From: Cyanophyceae cyanobacterium
GTDB lineage: Bacteria; Cyanobacteriota; Cyanobacteriia; Cyanobacteriales; Laspinemataceae
Reading direction: 5' to 3'
Length of the DNA: 64,000 nt
NCBI GenBank assembly: GCA_038321985.1
Contig: JBBQFN010000024.1
Location: 1-64,000, forward strand
Shown here: one piece after another, positions 13,401 to 23,017 of the stretch
How the letters are laid out: each line of letters opens with the position of its first letter
Position numbering within the stretch: position 1 is the stretch's first letter
The notes under the pieces: generated by a model
What the model was told of the DNA's origin: nothing
What the model saw: the letters and a program-made list of their open reading frames with translations, nothing else
Databases searched by the model: none
Made by a program: the position numbers and the translations under genes

Positions 13401-13883
13401 GCAACGTTTACAGTGACTCTACCCGTGATGAGTGCTGCCTCGACTCCCAGCCTGTGCGATCGCCCTCAAGCCTGTCAGATGGAGAATTTGGCGGGGGTGC
13501 GAGTGCTGTTGGTGGATGATGAACCGGATCTGCGCGAGTTAGCGGCTTTTACGTTAGAGGAAGCAGGGGCGCAGGTAACGGCTTGTGCGAATGCTGCCGA
13601 GGCGATCGCTCAGTTGAATCAAAACCTCTATGATCTGCTCGTTTGTGATATCGGGATGCCCGATATCGATGGCTATATGTTGATGCGTCAGGTCCGGGCA
13701 TTACCCCCAGAGCTCGGGGGTAAAATTCTGGCGATCGCCCTCACCGCCTATGCCAGTGAGTTAGATCGTCAAGAGGCTCTTTTAGCGGGGTTTCAGTTAC
13801 ACCTTTCTAAACCCATCGAACCCGAGGTATTCATTCATTCAGTTGCCCAACTCCTCCAAACTTTTCAACAGATTGAGTCGTAA
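10461..13883 (+). CDS. Membrane hybrid sensor histidine kinase (TM region, Cache-like, HAMP, PAS, HisKA, HATPase, REC)
   Basis: LSHELRSPL, NLLSNAVKF, GGLGLGLAI, LLVDDE...CDIGMP...KP; start uncertain. Confidence 0.92.
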   Translation: MPWVPSFTIVDMKLMKRPIRIDTLQWFIGIYLAIRGTLMLMLPHKLASHIFAPFQSYVTGLGALQVIAGASLIGAVSLLPRRWSIVITHLIAGGALFQSGIAYAFGGRWMGVIAALMLGLAIAVAPFLGNPNKGRDHRTGTMSGEVDLFAVAMGLRMVIEALLFLLVLDPQLQESLSPVLPSYRISYSLLYLGSGLSILGVHFFSRVPRWLFQLVHLVGGIFLWTWVVGTGFSLWNGVLSFAGLGTALAFLPWIGKGLNRLDPNSLRTRVAVASIGIVTLPLLSLTTLVFLPQEQASLDRALTVQQSLAVALSQDIATYINLHRSAMTALANQPGLAQMEPEEQQTLLQVFHTAYPDILVLSIFNANGQEIARSDNRPLGPSIRDLASFEQIRVTARPILNFQVGRTVNLPVAFFLIPLLNSEGEFAGAVAGSIASSRITEQMGRMAADTNLKVYLVDKKGQVIAHPDVKLVNSFANFAKAPPVAALLESPISFGKLTYWNKSIRELVGYARVPDFGWVAIVERPAMEVLGTLNDRRERDFLVLLGVATASVAIGAWMSHRLTKPLSTLAFAAQELGKGNSQAPLPKSHITELSNLSLVFGTMRDRLVRRTQERDRAEAELRQSEAKFRRLVESNIIGAIVVEIAGAVLEANDEFLQMMGYTRADLASGQIRWREIAPAEYFEGSRCISEELQQTGAFAPLEMECIRVDGTRVPVLLGAARLEETEDKAIAFVLDLTERKQMEQEREQLLGRERLARQDAESANRIKDEFLAVLSHELRSPLNPILGWAKLLRSRKFDQKTIDKALETIERNAQLQTELIEDLLDVSRILRGKLTLKVQPVNLEGAIKGALETVSLAAEAKSIHIETRFDPDLPAVSGDITRLQQVFWNLLSNAVKFTPPNGQIEVILKGVDSMAQIQVKDSGKGIAKPFLPYVFEYFRQEDGGTTRSFGGLGLGLAIVRYIVEQHGGSVMAESPGEGLGATFTVTLPVMSAASTPSLCDRPQACQMENLAGVRVLLVDDEPDLRELAAFTLEEAGAQVTACANAAEAIAQLNQNLYDLLVCDIGMPDIDGYMLMRQVRALPPELGGKILAIALTAYASELDRQEALLAGFQLHLSKPIEPEVFIHSVAQLLQTFQQIES

Positions 13884-14372
13884 TACCGATTAGAAAATAC
13901 CTTTTTTTTTAAAGAAACCCGATACCCGTTTGGCTATGGGTTGCTTGCCCAACTCTATTCTAGCCATCACCGGATTTCAAGGAAAAGTTGTTTCTCAACC
14001 CGCTATATATTTAAAAACCTAGTTTATGGATGACGCTGCGTAACTGTTATCCCACATCAAGCAGGATTTTGTTTATTTTTAAGGATTACAATTCTGGAGT
14101 CTATCTTTAGATAGAGACAGAAAAAATCGGTTTAAGGAATAATTAGAGGGTCTTACCTTATGTGATAATCTCACGTCTAAAACTGCGCCCACTGAAACGG
14201 GAGGATGGATTTAAAATCAGCTCCTAGACGACTGTGCTAGTCAAGAGATTTAGGGTGCTGGAGAACACAGTGCTCAATCCGAACTCAATCCTACAACGTT
14301 GAAGTTCGCTGAAACTTAGAGGGAGAGAGAGCGCACAAGTGAGAACAACCAAGAAAATCACGAGGAAAAACA

Positions 14373-15656
14373 ATGAATTCTGTACTGGTATGGATTCTCT
14401 CGATAATTATTGGACTCGCGATACTCGTCTTGGTTAGTCTGTATATTCGCGGAGCTTTCCGCGATAGTGTGGAATACAAGGTAAAAAATCCCCCGACTCC
14501 GGGAGAGCCCCGCTTTGCGATCTCCCAAGCCAGTTTATCCAATTCTTTAATTACCTCGGCTTTAATCACCGATGTTTGGAACGATGCGCCGACGATTCAA
14601 CAAGTTAGACTCGATGCGATCGCCGGCGCGAAAACTTCCATCCATTTTGAAACTTTTTTTATGACGCCGGGACAACGTGCCAATAACTTTGCCACAGCGA
14701 TCACCGAGCGATCGGCAGCGGGAGTTGAAGTTAAGTTACTGGTTGATCATTACGGCAGCAAAAAAATGTCTAAAAAATATTGGAAGCGTTTAAAAGCAGC
14801 CGGGGTTAAGGTGCTTTTTTTCAACCCCTTTGATTGGAAAGCACCGGCAGATTATGCGGGACGGACTCACCGCAAATTGCTATCCATTGATAGTAAAATT
14901 GCCTATATTGGCGGGGCTGGAATTTCTGATTTTTGGGATGGCAAGTCGGGTTCGGGGGAAAAAGAACCTTGGTTTGATTGTGAATTTCGTCTGGAAGGAG
15001 AGATTGTTGCTGTATTAGAAGGGGTCTTTATTCAACATTGGACTTATGCCGGTGGGGTGGCCGATTTAGGTCCGGAAACGTTTAAAATAGACCCAACAGA
15101 TAAACCCATGACGATTGTTACCCCTGGGTTTAACCCCACTTACCGATTTTCGCCGATTCGGTCTTTATTTCAGTCGAGTTTATTGGCGGCGAGAGAGCGA
15201 ATTTGGTTAGCAAGTCCGTATTTTTTTCCGGATCTTAATTCCCGAAGTATGCTAATTGCCGCCAAAAAGAAAGGGTTGGATGTCAAAATTCTCACTACGA
15301 GTTCAGTGAGTGATAAAAAAAAGGTGTATTACGCTTCTTCTGAAGGATATGGGCCGCTGTTGGCCGCCGGGGTTGAAATCTATGAATATCAACCCAGTAT
15401 GACTCACGCCAAGCTGTTACTGATTGACGATCGCTGGATGAGTACGGGAAGTGCTAATTTTGATCCCCGGAGCTTTTTTCACAATGACGAATTAGATTTT
15501 TCCACCGGCGAACCTAATGTTTTAAAAGAAGTTGAGCAGATTTTTGAACGCGGGTTTTCTAAGTCTAAGCTCGCTCGAATGGAAGACTGGCGCAAGCGAT
15601 CGCTCTGGAGACGAATGGTGGGACGAGCCGTTCGCTTCTTTCAATGGCAACTGTAA
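14373..15656 (+). CDS. Phospholipase D superfamily protein, cardiolipin-synthase-like
   Basis: Two HKD motifs (HRKLLSID, HAKLLLID...GSANFD), N-terminal TM helix. Confidence 0.88.
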   Translation: MNSVLVWILSIIIGLAILVLVSLYIRGAFRDSVEYKVKNPPTPGEPRFAISQASLSNSLITSALITDVWNDAPTIQQVRLDAIAGAKTSIHFETFFMTPGQRANNFATAITERSAAGVEVKLLVDHYGSKKMSKKYWKRLKAAGVKVLFFNPFDWKAPADYAGRTHRKLLSIDSKIAYIGGAGISDFWDGKSGSGEKEPWFDCEFRLEGEIVAVLEGVFIQHWTYAGGVADLGPETFKIDPTDKPMTIVTPGFNPTYRFSPIRSLFQSSLLAARERIWLASPYFFPDLNSRSMLIAAKKKGLDVKILTTSSVSDKKKVYYASSEGYGPLLAAGVEIYEYQPSMTHAKLLLIDDRWMSTGSANFDPRSFFHNDELDFSTGEPNVLKEVEQIFERGFSKSKLARMEDWRKRSLWRRMVGRAVRFFQWQL

Positions 15657-15682
15657 GGGAATTTAGGGGCTAACTTGAAGTC

Positions 15683-18226
15683 CTACTCGAGTATTTTCCC
15701 CTGATCGGGCTGAGGTGCGAAATCCACTGGAGTATCAAGGGTTTTAGGGGGTTGCTGAGTTGGAATTTCAATGATAAATTCCGCTCCCTTTCCAGGTTTT
15801 GAAAGGCACCGTAGCTGACCTTGATGTTTTTGCACCACAATTTCACGGGCGATCGCCAAACCAACCCCGATGGATTTCTGGTTTGATTTAGTGGTAAAAA
15901 ATGGATCAAATATTTGGTCGTGAAGGCGGGGGTTAATCCCCACTCCATTATCGGCAATGCTGATTACGATGCAGTCGCCTCCCCTTGCTTCTGTGAGAAT
16001 TTTAATGGTTTTTGGTTCGGTTTTTCCCGGCTGAGTAGCGATCGACTCTAACGCCTCAATCGCATTAGATAATAGGTTCATCAACACTTGGTTAAGTTGG
16101 CTGGCATAGCACTCAACCTGTGGCAGGTTTCCATAATTTTTAATAACTTGAATTCCGGGTGAATCCACTTTACCTTTAAGTCGGTGCTGTAAAATTAATA
16201 AAGTGCTATTGATTCCCTCATGAATGTCTACTGTCTTCAGGTCTGATTCATCCAAACGCATGAAATTCCGCAACGCATGAACTAAATTCCGAATTCGTTC
16301 GGCACCTCCTTTCATCGAGTTGATCAGGTGAGAAAAATCTTGAGACGTGAATTGCAGATCGATTGCTTCTATGGTGTTTACAATCTCCGGTACAGGTTCG
16401 GGATAATGTTGTTGGTAAAGATACAACAGATTAAGTAAATCCTGGGCATACTCCTCGGCATGAGAAAGATTGCCCGTGATAAAGTTGATCGGATTAGTAA
16501 TTTCAGCCGCAATACTTGTAATTAAATCTCCTAGCTTTGATATCTTTTCCTGTTCGATTAACTGGGTTTGGGTGCGCTGGAGTTCTTGTAACGCTTTAGC
16601 GAGTTGATTGGCTTTCTCCCGGGTTCGGGCATCGGATTCCTGCAACGCTTCATTTAATTTCGCCAGTTCATCTGCTTGGCGCAGAATGATGGTCACAATC
16701 GCATTTTTGAGGTCTAACGCTGCATCAATTTCACAGGGTTTCCAAGGTAATGATTTTAATTTGACTATTTCTTGCCAGAGTTCAAAAGATTTTCGAGGAT
16801 GCAGTCGCGGATTTCTTCCCGGTAGCAGTTCAAAGGGGCGCTTAGGGTCTCCAGCCCAGTTAACCTGATGAATGACTTCCGATCTAAACCATAACAAATA
16901 ATGCTGCGGATTTTTGGAAATGGCAACTGCCAGCAATCCACTGGCAATATCTTTATAAGTTTCGGCTTCTGGATAAACACTCGGGAGTGAATCCGTCTGA
17001 TAAAGGGAAGAAAAGCCTAGTTTTTCCAACCACTGAATCAAGTGCTCAATGCGATCCGAGCTTGGCGCGTTCCCCAGTTGCCAACAGGTTCCTTTAAAAT
17101 AGATCACCGCTCCATCCGCTTGGACTAGCTCTAGTAAATTGGGACTAAAATTTACTAATCCATCAATAAAGTTTTCCTCCCGAGACATATATTCCACTAA
17201 TTTTGCCGTCGTCGCTTGCAATTTTAAGCGATATTCATAGTGGCGATCGTTTTCCTTAGATACCAATTCCAATGCCATCACTTTTCCAAAAAATTCGCAG
17301 GCTTTTCTTACTTCATAAGAAATATATTTTGGAGAATTATGATGGCAGGCAACCAGTCCCCAAAGTTTTCCTTCTTTGACAATTGAAATAGACATAGATG
17401 CAGCAACTTCCATGTTTTGAAGATATTCAATATGACAGGGAGAAACGCTGCGAAGAACGGAATGACTCAAGTCCAGGGGGCTTCGAGACTGGGGGTTCAA
17501 GGCCGGTAAAATTCCAATAGGTTGATAACTGACATCGGGAATTAAGCGGAGTAAATTAATGCAAAAAAGTTTTCTAGCGGGCAGGGGAATATCCTCGGCG
17601 GGATAGTTTAAATTTAACCAAGAAGTCATTTCATCGAGTCTTTCTTCAGCTAAAACTCTCCCATGTCCGGCGGGATCAAATCGATAAAGCATTACCCGAT
17701 CAAACCCTGTAATATTTCTAACTTCTTTAACGACAAATTGACAGAGTTCTTTGAAATTTTTAGCAGTTTGAATATTAGAAGCAGCGACTTCTACTAATTT
17801 ATAGAAACTTAAAAACCCCATAGTTTTGGGAGACAAGGCGGGTTCGAGTTCTAAAATTAAACAGTTGGGATGAGAGCGATGAACAATTCCCTCAAAATAG
17901 AGGGTTTTCGAGTCGGTATTAATGGTAATGGTTAGGGGGTTGACACTCCCCAGGGTTTGATAATGAATAGATTCTTTGAGAAGATGGACTTGGCTGGCAT
18001 CTAGTAAACTTTCTAAAGGTTGATTGAGAAAGGTTTCCGGTAAATGGCCGAAAACTTCCAGGGTATTGTTGCTAACTTGTAATATTATAAGCTCAGGAGA
18101 GAGGACAAAGAGGACCCCGTGGGGTTGAATAAAACCGGGACTATGGATTGGTTCTTGCTCGTAGCTTGCCCACTTTAGTGCTTCTGATTCCATCATCTTA
18201 TTTCTCCTACTGTGTTCGTAAATCAA
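15683..18226 (-). CDS. Cph1-like phytochrome (PAS-GAF-PHY) with degenerate histidine kinase module
   Basis: EPIHSPGFIQPHG, GFDRVMLYRF, EDIP, LRSVSPCHIEYLQNM, HPRKSF; H-box reads AAEITNP. Confidence 0.92.
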   Translation of the reverse strand: MIYEHSRRNKMMESEALKWASYEQEPIHSPGFIQPHGVLFVLSPELIILQVSNNTLEVFGHLPETFLNQPLESLLDASQVHLLKESIHYQTLGSVNPLTITINTDSKTLYFEGIVHRSHPNCLILELEPALSPKTMGFLSFYKLVEVAASNIQTAKNFKELCQFVVKEVRNITGFDRVMLYRFDPAGHGRVLAEERLDEMTSWLNLNYPAEDIPLPARKLFCINLLRLIPDVSYQPIGILPALNPQSRSPLDLSHSVLRSVSPCHIEYLQNMEVAASMSISIVKEGKLWGLVACHHNSPKYISYEVRKACEFFGKVMALELVSKENDRHYEYRLKLQATTAKLVEYMSREENFIDGLVNFSPNLLELVQADGAVIYFKGTCWQLGNAPSSDRIEHLIQWLEKLGFSSLYQTDSLPSVYPEAETYKDIASGLLAVAISKNPQHYLLWFRSEVIHQVNWAGDPKRPFELLPGRNPRLHPRKSFELWQEIVKLKSLPWKPCEIDAALDLKNAIVTIILRQADELAKLNEALQESDARTREKANQLAKALQELQRTQTQLIEQEKISKLGDLITSIAAEITNPINFITGNLSHAEEYAQDLLNLLYLYQQHYPEPVPEIVNTIEAIDLQFTSQDFSHLINSMKGGAERIRNLVHALRNFMRLDESDLKTVDIHEGINSTLLILQHRLKGKVDSPGIQVIKNYGNLPQVECYASQLNQVLMNLLSNAIEALESIATQPGKTEPKTIKILTEARGGDCIVISIADNGVGINPRLHDQIFDPFFTTKSNQKSIGVGLAIAREIVVQKHQGQLRCLSKPGKGAEFIIEIPTQQPPKTLDTPVDFAPQPDQGKILE

Positions 18227-18511
18227 GGGTTTGGTTTTAGGGAGACTCGGCTGAAACTGAGAGAAATTTTTGCCCTTTTTGGGCTATTTTAATTAAAGGG
18301 TTATTTTAGCGCTCTAGGGGTGTTAATAATTTTTAATATTCTATCATAGCCATTAACTCCCGCTTTAATTTTTTAAGCGAAAATTAACGTTGTAACAATT
18401 CTTAATTTTCTGCTTCTACAAGTCCCCCTTGCCAAAAAAATCGGAAGCCAGGGAGTTTAAAGGTTAGAAGAAGCCCGATCCATTGTCCCTTTTTCTCCAG
18501 ACGCTGCCGGT

Positions 18512-20971
18512 TCAGTACCGAATTTTATCGGCAAGATAATTTCTAACCTGGCGGGCTGAATCAAGCTGTAATACCGCTGTGGCGATCGCCTGGGCTTCTT
18601 TTTCATTTAATAAGGAAAGGGTAGCTTTAATAGCCGAAATCGCTGGGGGATTCATGCTCAATTTATCCACTCCCAATCCTACTAAAATTGGAGTGGCTTC
18701 CGGATCCGATGCCAACTCCCCACAAACTCCTACAGAAATACAGGCTTTGTGAGCCGCTTCTACAGTCTGTTTAATCGCCCGTAAGACAGCCGGTTCTAAT
18801 GCATCAGCGTGGGCGGCTACTTTAGGATTAGAGCGATCGGCAGCGAGGAGATATTGGCTCAAGTCATTAGTACCAATACTGAAAAAATCGACCTCCATAG
18901 CTAAGCGATCGGCGATCAGAACAGCGGCAGGAATTTCTATCATCATTCCCACTGCGATCGCCTCATCAAAGGGAATCCCCTCCTGACGTAGTTCCTCCTG
19001 AGCTTCTACCAGCAGCTGCTTAGCCGCGCGAATTTCCGAGAGTGAGGCGATCATCGGAAACATCACCTGAAGCGAACCCTCTGCACTCGCACGTAGTATC
19101 GCCCGTAACTGAGTTTTAAGCAAATCTGAACGTTCTAATGCCAGCCGAATCCCTCGCCATCCCAGGAAGGGATTCGGTTCGGGGACAAGGTGTAGGTAAG
19201 CTAGGGGTTTATCACCCCCCATATCAAAAGTGCGAATAATGGCGGGATGAGAGGTAAACGCCGTGGCGATCGCCCGATAAATTTCCACTTGTTCTGCTTC
19301 CGTCGGTGGCATCGCTCGATCTAAATATAAAAACTCCGTGCGAAACAATCCCACCCCTTCCGCACCCGCTTCTCGCGCCACATCTGCCCCAGAAATCCCG
19401 ACAATATTAGCCAAAATGGGAATGCTATGTCCATCCGCAGGGAGGGTCCGTTCCGGTAAATGCTCTGTTGCCGGGGGGTGTGGGCTTTGTAATTCGCTTA
19501 AAACTTTGCTATTGGGCTGCACCCAGACTTGCCCGGTTGTGCCATTGAGGGCCAACTGAGTGCCACGGGTCAAGTGCGAAAGATAACTGCCGAGGCCCAT
19601 AACCGCAGGAATTCCTAAACTGCGAGCGATAATCGCACTATGGGTATTTACGCCTCCTTGGGCGGTACACAATCCCCGGACAGTTTTCGGGTCAAGTTGA
19701 GCTACTTCTGAGGGCTGTAACTCAGAAACTACAAGAATTCCCGGTTCTTTCAAATGTAGCGATCGCCCGAGGCGAATTTCCGGCATCAGTAGGCGGAGGA
19801 CTCTCACGCCAACGTCTCGCACATCATCGGCACGACTTTGGATTTCGAGATCGGCGAGGGCTAGATAACTGGCAACTATCTGATCGATCGCGATTTTCCA
19901 AGCACTGCCTCGATGCAGGTGATGTTCAAAGATATAATCATGGGCGATATCAAGGAGCGCTGGGTCCTCTAAATAGAGCTGATGCGCTTGAAAAATTCCG
20001 GTTTCTTCTCCACTTGTGAGACGACTACTGAGCGCTTGTAATTCGTTGCGGGCAGTTTCTAGGGCCTCTTGCAGTTCTTGCCACTCCCAGTCCGGGTTAT
20101 CTGCCGGTTTTCGGGGGATTTCAGGTATTTCTAGATGATACAGGATAGCCGGGGCGATCGCAATTCCCGGAGAAGCCGGAATGCCTCGAATCTCACCTTC
20201 TACCAGCAGGTTGGCTAAGGGTTCTCCCTGAATTCGGGGCGAGGGGTTCATTTCCCCAAACCCAGATTCTATAAGGTTCTGTAAGGCAGCCAGGGCAGCC
20301 GGAGCATCACTCCCGGCAGCCGTGAGGGCGATATCATGGTGGCAACGTACCCCCAAGGTGATAACTTGATTGATACTTTTGCCGTTCACCGCAGGGCTAT
20401 TTTTAGTGAGGTTTTGTAAGGTAATGTTGGATTGAAAGCGGTTAGCGGTTTGGACCCATTGTGCCGCCGGTCTGGCGTGTATTCCTAGAGGATTAATCAC
20501 ACAAAGTTGGATTTGCAACCCTCCAGTAAGGTCTGATTTGGGCTGAAGCGGAAGCAGGTTTTGGAGGGGGAGCGATCGCACTTTGGTAGCTAGTGCAGTT
20601 CGCGTTTCGGCAAGGATGGTTTCTAGGTCACAACCGGCAGCACTTTGAATCACAGCGGCGATGGCACCTTCCACCAAGGGACCTTCGCACAGTCTCACAT
20701 TATCCCGTTCAGCTTCTGTGAGAAACTCTAAGGCCATTTCCGCACTCATTACCGCACTACCCAAGTCCATCAGGACAATCGTTCCTTCGTCACTATAAAT
20801 TGAAATAATTGCTTCATAAACCCGCATCACGTCAGTTCCTAGGGGATTTTCTGGATCATCTACACCCGCAGCAATGGCGATCGGCACGGATTTTTGCACC
20901 ATTTGTTCAGCGAGTTCTTTCACGCCCTCGGCCAGTTTTCTGCTGTGAGAAACAATAACAATTCCAATCAT
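18512..20971 (-). CDS. Multidomain PTS phosphotransferase EIIA(Man-like)-HPr-EI, DhaM-like
   Basis: MIGIVIVSHS and MDLGSA (EIIA), GIHARPA (HPr), THSAIIARSLGIP, GLFRTEF, SIGTNDLSQY, VCGELA (EI). Confidence 0.9.
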   Translation of the reverse strand: MIGIVIVSHSRKLAEGVKELAEQMVQKSVPIAIAAGVDDPENPLGTDVMRVYEAIISIYSDEGTIVLMDLGSAVMSAEMALEFLTEAERDNVRLCEGPLVEGAIAAVIQSAAGCDLETILAETRTALATKVRSLPLQNLLPLQPKSDLTGGLQIQLCVINPLGIHARPAAQWVQTANRFQSNITLQNLTKNSPAVNGKSINQVITLGVRCHHDIALTAAGSDAPAALAALQNLIESGFGEMNPSPRIQGEPLANLLVEGEIRGIPASPGIAIAPAILYHLEIPEIPRKPADNPDWEWQELQEALETARNELQALSSRLTSGEETGIFQAHQLYLEDPALLDIAHDYIFEHHLHRGSAWKIAIDQIVASYLALADLEIQSRADDVRDVGVRVLRLLMPEIRLGRSLHLKEPGILVVSELQPSEVAQLDPKTVRGLCTAQGGVNTHSAIIARSLGIPAVMGLGSYLSHLTRGTQLALNGTTGQVWVQPNSKVLSELQSPHPPATEHLPERTLPADGHSIPILANIVGISGADVAREAGAEGVGLFRTEFLYLDRAMPPTEAEQVEIYRAIATAFTSHPAIIRTFDMGGDKPLAYLHLVPEPNPFLGWRGIRLALERSDLLKTQLRAILRASAEGSLQVMFPMIASLSEIRAAKQLLVEAQEELRQEGIPFDEAIAVGMMIEIPAAVLIADRLAMEVDFFSIGTNDLSQYLLAADRSNPKVAAHADALEPAVLRAIKQTVEAAHKACISVGVCGELASDPEATPILVGLGVDKLSMNPPAISAIKATLSLLNEKEAQAIATAVLQLDSARQVRNYLADKIRY

Positions 20972-21301
20972 AGTATTTATTGGAGTCGTGACCCCTGAAT
21001 GGCAAATCGAGCCAACTTTCGCCACACTTTCGCTTGGCGATCGCCTTTTCGTTTGGGCTAATTTTCTTTTTTCTGACTTGTTTCTCTAGATATCAAACCC
21101 CGGATTTTAGGGTTTTTGATTCAGAGTCACCCTGCGAGGTTGGTTCCAAGGATTCAGGATAATTTGAACGCCGGATTCCTTCAAGTTTAGCACAAAATAC
21201 GCCATTTCACCCCAGGGAAACCCCAAACTCATCAAACCCTATCCCTTGCTGGAGTAGATGCTGCCCGTGGGTTCGGCAAAATCTGGGTTTCCACCCAGAA
21301 A

Positions 21302-22753
21302 TTAATGGGTATCTTTAAAAAACTGGAATTGGCGATCGGTAATGCGCCCTACATTGTAAAGGGTTTCGGCAATTTCGGAAAGAGTTAAGACCGAATGAGC
21401 GCGATAACCATTGACCTGCAAGCGCTCTTTTACCCCTTTTTCATGGTCGATAAAGACGACGATATCCTCCACCTTTAACCCGGTAGATTGGAGCTTTTGA
21501 GCCCCTTCCATTGCGCTTTTACCACTAATTAGAATATCATCTACCACCACCACCGTTTCTCCGGGATTAAAATGACCTTCCACTAACCGCCGAGTACCAT
21601 GGGCTTTGACTTCTTTACGAGGAAAAATCATCGGATAATTCAAACGCAAGGAAAGCCCCGTTGCCGTGGGTAATGCCCCATAGGGAATTCCGGCAATGCG
21701 GTCAAATTTTAGAGATTTTAAAACTTCAGCATAAGCGCCAATAATTTTATCAAAAATTTGCGGATTGGAGATAATTGTTCGTAAATCAACATAATAGGGG
21801 AAGGTTTCACCGGATGCTTGGACATATTCCCCAAACATGATGCAACCCAAATCATAGAGTTGAAGAATTAAATCCGTATGGGGATGGGCTTCTGCCAAAG
21901 GAATATCCGGAAACCACACCGGACAAGCTTGTGCCTCATGGGGAATCCGAATTCTGACTTGATTAATGGTTTCCCGCAGCCCTAAAATTAGGGATGCGGC
22001 ATTTTCACTAATTAAATAATCTTGGGGAACCGGCAGGATTAATCCCTCTCCTTGGCTATTTAAACCGGCCTTAATAATGTTAGCTAAAACGGTTCCTTCT
22101 GCCCAGATACTGCGGGCGAGAATCAGGCGTTCTGGGGCCACAGCGCGAACTTGTGCCAAGACTTCCGGTACATTGGTTCCCACCTCGATTGCGACCTGTT
22201 CGGGAGTCCCCCAAGTCCGGGTTTCTTTGACGATATGCAGGTAAAAAGGAGCGTCATTTTTAGGATAGTTTTGCAAGACTTGAGCCGCCGGATTGGAGGT
22301 GTGGCACAGGACAAACACTGCTTTATCGGGATAGAGTAAAAATGGGGCTGCCAAATCTTGCCCGGGATAGGGGCTCAGGGTCACCGCATCCACCTGCCAG
22401 CGTTCAAAAATTGTCTGGGCAAATACTGTACTACTATTGAGATCCGAGTGTTTGACGTCTAAAATCACCGGGAGGCGACTGGGAATAGCTTGTAAAATTT
22501 TGTGCAAAAGCTCCATGCCTGGAGCACCCAAAGCCGTATAAAATCCGAGGGTTGGTTTGTAGGCACAAACCAGTTCAGCCGTTTGGGCAATGATAAAATG
22601 CAACCAATCCCTCAACTGCGCCATGAGAGTTTCCGGGTTATCCTGGGTCCCAAAACGGGAGGGAAGCGCCTCGGGATCTGGGTCAAGTCCCACACAAAGC
22701 AGGCTATTATTTCGCTCGATCGCACTTTGTAATTTATCGCTAAAATTGATCAT
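21302..22753 (-). CDS. pyrF/pyrE: Bifunctional OMP decarboxylase / orotate phosphoribosyltransferase
   Basis: LCVGLDP, AYKP, LDVKHSD; C-terminal YVDLR, RKEVKAHG, VVVVDDILISG. Confidence 0.93.
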   Translation of the reverse strand: MINFSDKLQSAIERNNSLLCVGLDPDPEALPSRFGTQDNPETLMAQLRDWLHFIIAQTAELVCAYKPTLGFYTALGAPGMELLHKILQAIPSRLPVILDVKHSDLNSSTVFAQTIFERWQVDAVTLSPYPGQDLAAPFLLYPDKAVFVLCHTSNPAAQVLQNYPKNDAPFYLHIVKETRTWGTPEQVAIEVGTNVPEVLAQVRAVAPERLILARSIWAEGTVLANIIKAGLNSQGEGLILPVPQDYLISENAASLILGLRETINQVRIRIPHEAQACPVWFPDIPLAEAHPHTDLILQLYDLGCIMFGEYVQASGETFPYYVDLRTIISNPQIFDKIIGAYAEVLKSLKFDRIAGIPYGALPTATGLSLRLNYPMIFPRKEVKAHGTRRLVEGHFNPGETVVVVDDILISGKSAMEGAQKLQSTGLKVEDIVVFIDHEKGVKERLQVNGYRAHSVLTLSEIAETLYNVGRITDRQFQFFKDTH

Positions 22754-23017
22754 AGTGGGTGGAGATTGAATCGATTTTGCCCGAATTTCGCTCACCTCCC
22801 CCGGTTTTACTCACCGGGGAAATGACCCACGGAGATCTTCGCCCAACCCGGTCAAAAATTAGCAATTTGCTCTTCACAAATCCTGTGAATTCTTATTAAA
22901 ACCGGAGATCTACGATATCAATAGAGTATAACTTAGGGAATGAACGGAGGAGGTAAGAACAGAGGAAACTGTGGTTGCCCTCACTCTGGCCTATTTTACC
23001 ACTAACGAGCGATCGCA

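Noticed and set aside
14161..14350. CRP-like site and possible structured RNA upstream of the PLD gene
   Set aside because: TGTGA/TCAC spacing is 5 and not 6; I could not match the region to any RNA family
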